A DNA stretch of 64,000 bases from the NCBI GenBank assembly GCA_963777605.1, contig CAVZRV010000010.1, positions 480,001 to 544,000 on the forward strand. The letters run 5' to 3'. Made by a program: the position numbers and the translations under genes. Positions 61,157 to 64,000 of this stretch are shown here, in pieces. Each line of letters begins with the position of its first letter. The first letter of the stretch is position 1. This DNA is from an uncultured Acidobacteriota bacterium (GTDB taxonomy: Bacteria; Acidobacteriota; UBA6911; RPQK01; JAPXNP01). The notes under the pieces are model-generated. The model was not told the DNA's origin. It worked only from the letters and a program-made list of their open reading frames with translations, and made no database searches.

Positions 61157-63118
61157 ATGCGCGATCTGACCCGACGGACCTTTCTGTCTTCGGTCGGCAG
61201 CTACACGCTGGTTGTCAAGGCGAATCCTTCGTCTGATCCAAACGAACGGACACACTCCCAGGCGCCTGAACCGTCCGTTCCATCTGCGCCTTCCCGCCCC
61301 CTCCGCGGCGAGGAACCTCACATGCGGACGGTGGACCTGAACTGCGGCGTCCTGGTTGCCGGAGGAGGCCTCGCCGGAGTCTGTGCAGCGATTGCAGCCG
61401 CCCGCCACGGAGCCAGGGTCGTGCTCGTCCAGGATCGTTCCCGGCTGGGAGGAAACTCGAGCAGCGAAGTGCGCATGCACGTTGTCGGCGCGGACACTCA
61501 CGGCCAGCGCCCGAACTGGCGGGAAGGAGGCCTGATCGAGGAATTCCGCCTCGAAGATGCCACGCGTAATCCCTATCGGTCGTTCGAACTGTGGGACCTG
61601 CTTCTTTACGAGAAGTGCCTCGCAGAGCCCAACCTGACCCTGCTCCTGGACACCACTCTCTATTCCGTGTTCCGCTCGGAGAACCGGATCCAACAGGCAC
61701 TGGCCCGCTGCGACAAGAGCGAGCACATCTACCGGATCGCGGCGTCCATCTTCTGTGACTGTACCGGAGACAGCCGGCTGGCACTCGAGGCGGGCGCAGA
61801 ATTTCGCATGGGCCGTGAAGCCAGGGATGAGCTGGGTGAGTCACTCGCTCCCCTGGAAGCGGACGACCACACGCAGGGATCGAGCATACTGTTCACCGCC
61901 CGCCGCCACTCCAGACCGACTACGTTTCGGCCCCCGAGATGGGCCCGGACGATCACCCGGGAACAGCTGAAGTTCCGACCGCCCGGAACCGACTCGTGGG
62001 AGTACGGCTACTGGTGGATCGAGTTGGGCGGGATGTACAACACCATCTCCGACAACGAGCGCCTTCGCTTCGAACTGCTCGCCGTCGTCCTGGGGGTCTG
62101 GGACTACATTAAGAATTCAGGAGAGTTCCCTTCCAGCGAAAATTGGGCGCTCGAAACGGTCGGCATGGTTCCCGGAAAGCGGGAGTCGCGCAGGGTGATG
62201 GGCGAAATTCTCCAAACTCAGGCCATGCTCGACGGGGGCTGGAAAGCGATGACCGACGGAGTCGCAATTGGAGGCTGGAATTTCGACGACCACCCGCCGG
62301 GCGGATTCAACGCGTTCGATGTACCGCCATTCACGTCAGTGCCGGTTTCGGAACCCTACAACATCTCCTTCGGAGCTCTTTTCTCGAAGGACGTCGAGAA
62401 CCTGATGATGGCGGGCCGCAACATCAGCAACAGTCACGTTGCATTTTCGTCCACTCGAGTCATGGCGACCTGTGCCTGCATCGGACAGGCGGTCGGAACG
62501 GCTGCCGCCGCCTGCGCTCTCCGGAACATCCTGCCTGCGGATATCCGCAATGATCCCGTCCGGATGAACCACCTTCAACAGGCGCTGTTGCGGGATGACC
62601 AGACCATTCGGGGCGTCACCAACCGCGACCGGAGGGACCGTGCATTGAAGTCCCGTGCCACGGCTTCGAGCACGATTGAGGGTTCCAATCCCGGCAATGT
62701 ACTCACCGGGCTCACGCGGGATCCGGACGGCGGCTTTTCCAATCGGTGGGTTGCAGCCATGCCAGAGTCGGCCGGTACTGTGGGGCCGTGGATCGAGCTC
62801 AGGTGGGAGGAACCGGTGATCGTCCGTAAAGTCCACCTCACGTTCGACTCCGGGTTTGAGCGGGAACTCACCCTCTCGGCGAGCGATCACGTGACCCGCA
62901 GGGTCATTCGCGGGCCTCAGCCGGAGACCGTCCGCGACTATACGGTCACGGCGGAGACAGAAGATCAGGGGCAGGTTGAACTCTGTTCGGTCACCGAAAA
63001 CTACCAGCGCCTGCGCCGCCATTCCTTCACGCCGGTTCGGATCCATTCCCTGCGGGTTCAGGTGCTGGCGACCAACGGCGACTCCCTGGCCCGGATTTAC
63101 GAGATCCGTTGCTACTAA
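61157..63118 (+). CDS. Tat-exported FAD-dependent oxidoreductase with C-terminal discoidin/CBM-like domain
   Basis: TRRTFL; VAGGGLAG, DRSRLGGNSSSE, DCTGD, WWIELGG, KRESRR, D.HPPGG, AGRNIS, STRVMATC. Confidence 0.88.
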   Translation: MRDLTRRTFLSSVGSYTLVVKANPSSDPNERTHSQAPEPSVPSAPSRPLRGEEPHMRTVDLNCGVLVAGGGLAGVCAAIAAARHGARVVLVQDRSRLGGNSSSEVRMHVVGADTHGQRPNWREGGLIEEFRLEDATRNPYRSFELWDLLLYEKCLAEPNLTLLLDTTLYSVFRSENRIQQALARCDKSEHIYRIAASIFCDCTGDSRLALEAGAEFRMGREARDELGESLAPLEADDHTQGSSILFTARRHSRPTTFRPPRWARTITREQLKFRPPGTDSWEYGYWWIELGGMYNTISDNERLRFELLAVVLGVWDYIKNSGEFPSSENWALETVGMVPGKRESRRVMGEILQTQAMLDGGWKAMTDGVAIGGWNFDDHPPGGFNAFDVPPFTSVPVSEPYNISFGALFSKDVENLMMAGRNISNSHVAFSSTRVMATCACIGQAVGTAAAACALRNILPADIRNDPVRMNHLQQALLRDDQTIRGVTNRDRRDRALKSRATASSTIEGSNPGNVLTGLTRDPDGGFSNRWVAAMPESAGTVGPWIELRWEEPVIVRKVHLTFDSGFERELTLSASDHVTRRVIRGPQPETVRDYTVTAETEDQGQVELCSVTENYQRLRRHSFTPVRIHSLRVQVLATNGDSLARIYEIRCY

Positions 63119-63178
63119 ACTTCCCTTCAGGAGATGCTCTGCCCGGTTACGGTAAACTGTGCCTACAAGGAGGGTTCA

Positions 63179-63766
63179 ATGGCAAGCAAGAAGATTCTCA
63201 TGCTGGTGGGAGATTTCGTTGAAGACTACGAGGCCATGGTGCCTTTTCAGATTTTGACAATGGTCGGGCACTCCGTTGACACGGTCTGTCCCGGAAAAAA
63301 GCCGGGTGAGTCGGTTCGGACCGCCATCCACGATTTTGAGGGCGACCAGACCTACAGCGAAAAGCCCGGGCACCGGTTTCCGGTCACTGCCGACTTCGAC
63401 CAGGTGAACGTGGCTGACTACGACGCCCTGGTTGTTCCCGGGGGACGCGCCCCGGAGTACCTGCGGCTGAACGACCGCCTGATCGAGATCGTTCGTGAAT
63501 TCTCCGCAGCCGGAAAACCGATTGCTTCCATCTGCCACGGCCAGCAGATTCTGGTCACGGCCGGCGTCGTCAGCGGAAAGTTGTGTACGGCATACCCCGC
63601 GGTTAAGCCGGATATCGTGCAGGCTGGGGGGCGCTGGGGCGAAGTCAACGAAACATTCTCGAACGCCTATGTCGATGGCGGCCTGGTCACGGCCCCGGCC
63701 TGGCCCGCTCACCCCGAGTGGATGCGCAAGTTCCTCGAAGTGCTGGGATCGAGAATCGACCCTTAG
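63179..63766 (+). CDS. DJ-1/PfpI-family protein
   Basis: [42 protein letters not shown]. Confidence 0.93.
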   Translation: MASKKILMLVGDFVEDYEAMVPFQILTMVGHSVDTVCPGKKPGESVRTAIHDFEGDQTYSEKPGHRFPVTADFDQVNVADYDALVVPGGRAPEYLRLNDRLIEIVREFSAAGKPIASICHGQQILVTAGVVSGKLCTAYPAVKPDIVQAGGRWGEVNETFSNAYVDGGLVTAPAWPAHPEWMRKFLEVLGSRIDP

Positions 63767-63771
63767 CAGCC

Positions 63772-64000
63772 TTACCTGCGAACCTGCTCCCGGACGGAAT
63801 GGAGAAAGTCGGTGAGGTGGCCCAGGAACGCTTCCCTGCAGTCCAGAAAAGGCCAGTGGCCGGCACCGGAGACACCGACCAGGTTGGCACCTGAGGCTTC
63901 GAGCAAATCGAGAGAGCGGTGGCCGGCACCGCCGTCGAGTCCCGCCACGTAAACTCCAGGCATCGAGAGTCGGGAAAACCGCTCAGCCAGGTCTTCCCGG
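63772..64000 (-). CDS. C-terminal part of an alpha/beta-fold hydrolase (5'-partial)
   Basis: VAG.D ... SGAGHWPFLD..EAF...L.DFL catalytic His motif; runs off the window edge. Confidence 0.7.
   Translation of the reverse strand, partial: REDLAERFSRLSMPGVYVAGLDGGAGHRSLDLLEASGANLVGVSGAGHWPFLDCREAFLGHLTDFLHSVREQVRR

Noticed and set aside
1-64000. CRISPR arrays, tRNA/rRNA genes, transposases, integrases, defence systems
   Set aside because: No regularly spaced direct repeats, RNA-gene signatures or matching protein motifs were found by eye; intergenic spaces are short.

Overview
A 64-kb GC-rich bacterial chromosomal window, roughly 60-63% GC by eye. The gene content and a large secreted beta-repeat protein suggest Acidobacteriota (inference only). 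It is densely coding, with about 50 genes. I saw no rRNA, tRNA, CRISPR array, integrase or transposase. Contents include a tricorn-like protease and M24 peptidase, a sugar oxidoreductase/BNR/SSS operon, a TolC-MFP-RND-DUF2892 efflux operon, glpF-glpK-glpD, msrA, mscL, a queuosine precursor transporter, an RNase II-family gene and uxaC-uxaE. Three loci stand out. (1) An apparently exported AmmeMemoRadiSam operon: a Tat-leader radical SAM enzyme, a signal-peptide Memo-AMMECR1 fusion and a polytopic spermidine-synthase-like protein lacking the catalytic Asp; a second, leaderless Memo-AMMECR1 copy lies elsewhere in the window. (2) A GalU-like nucleotidyltransferase overlapping a close relative of plant glucuronokinase, a candidate bacterial glucuronate-to-UDP-glucuronate salvage route. 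(3) A five-gene operon of C39-like peptidase, RimK-type ATP-grasp, GCS2 ligase, N-formylglutamate amidohydrolase and a membrane protein, with no known product. Eight apparent +1 frameshifts in otherwise intact genes look like consensus or strain-mixture artefacts. Four collapsed gene remnants are also present.
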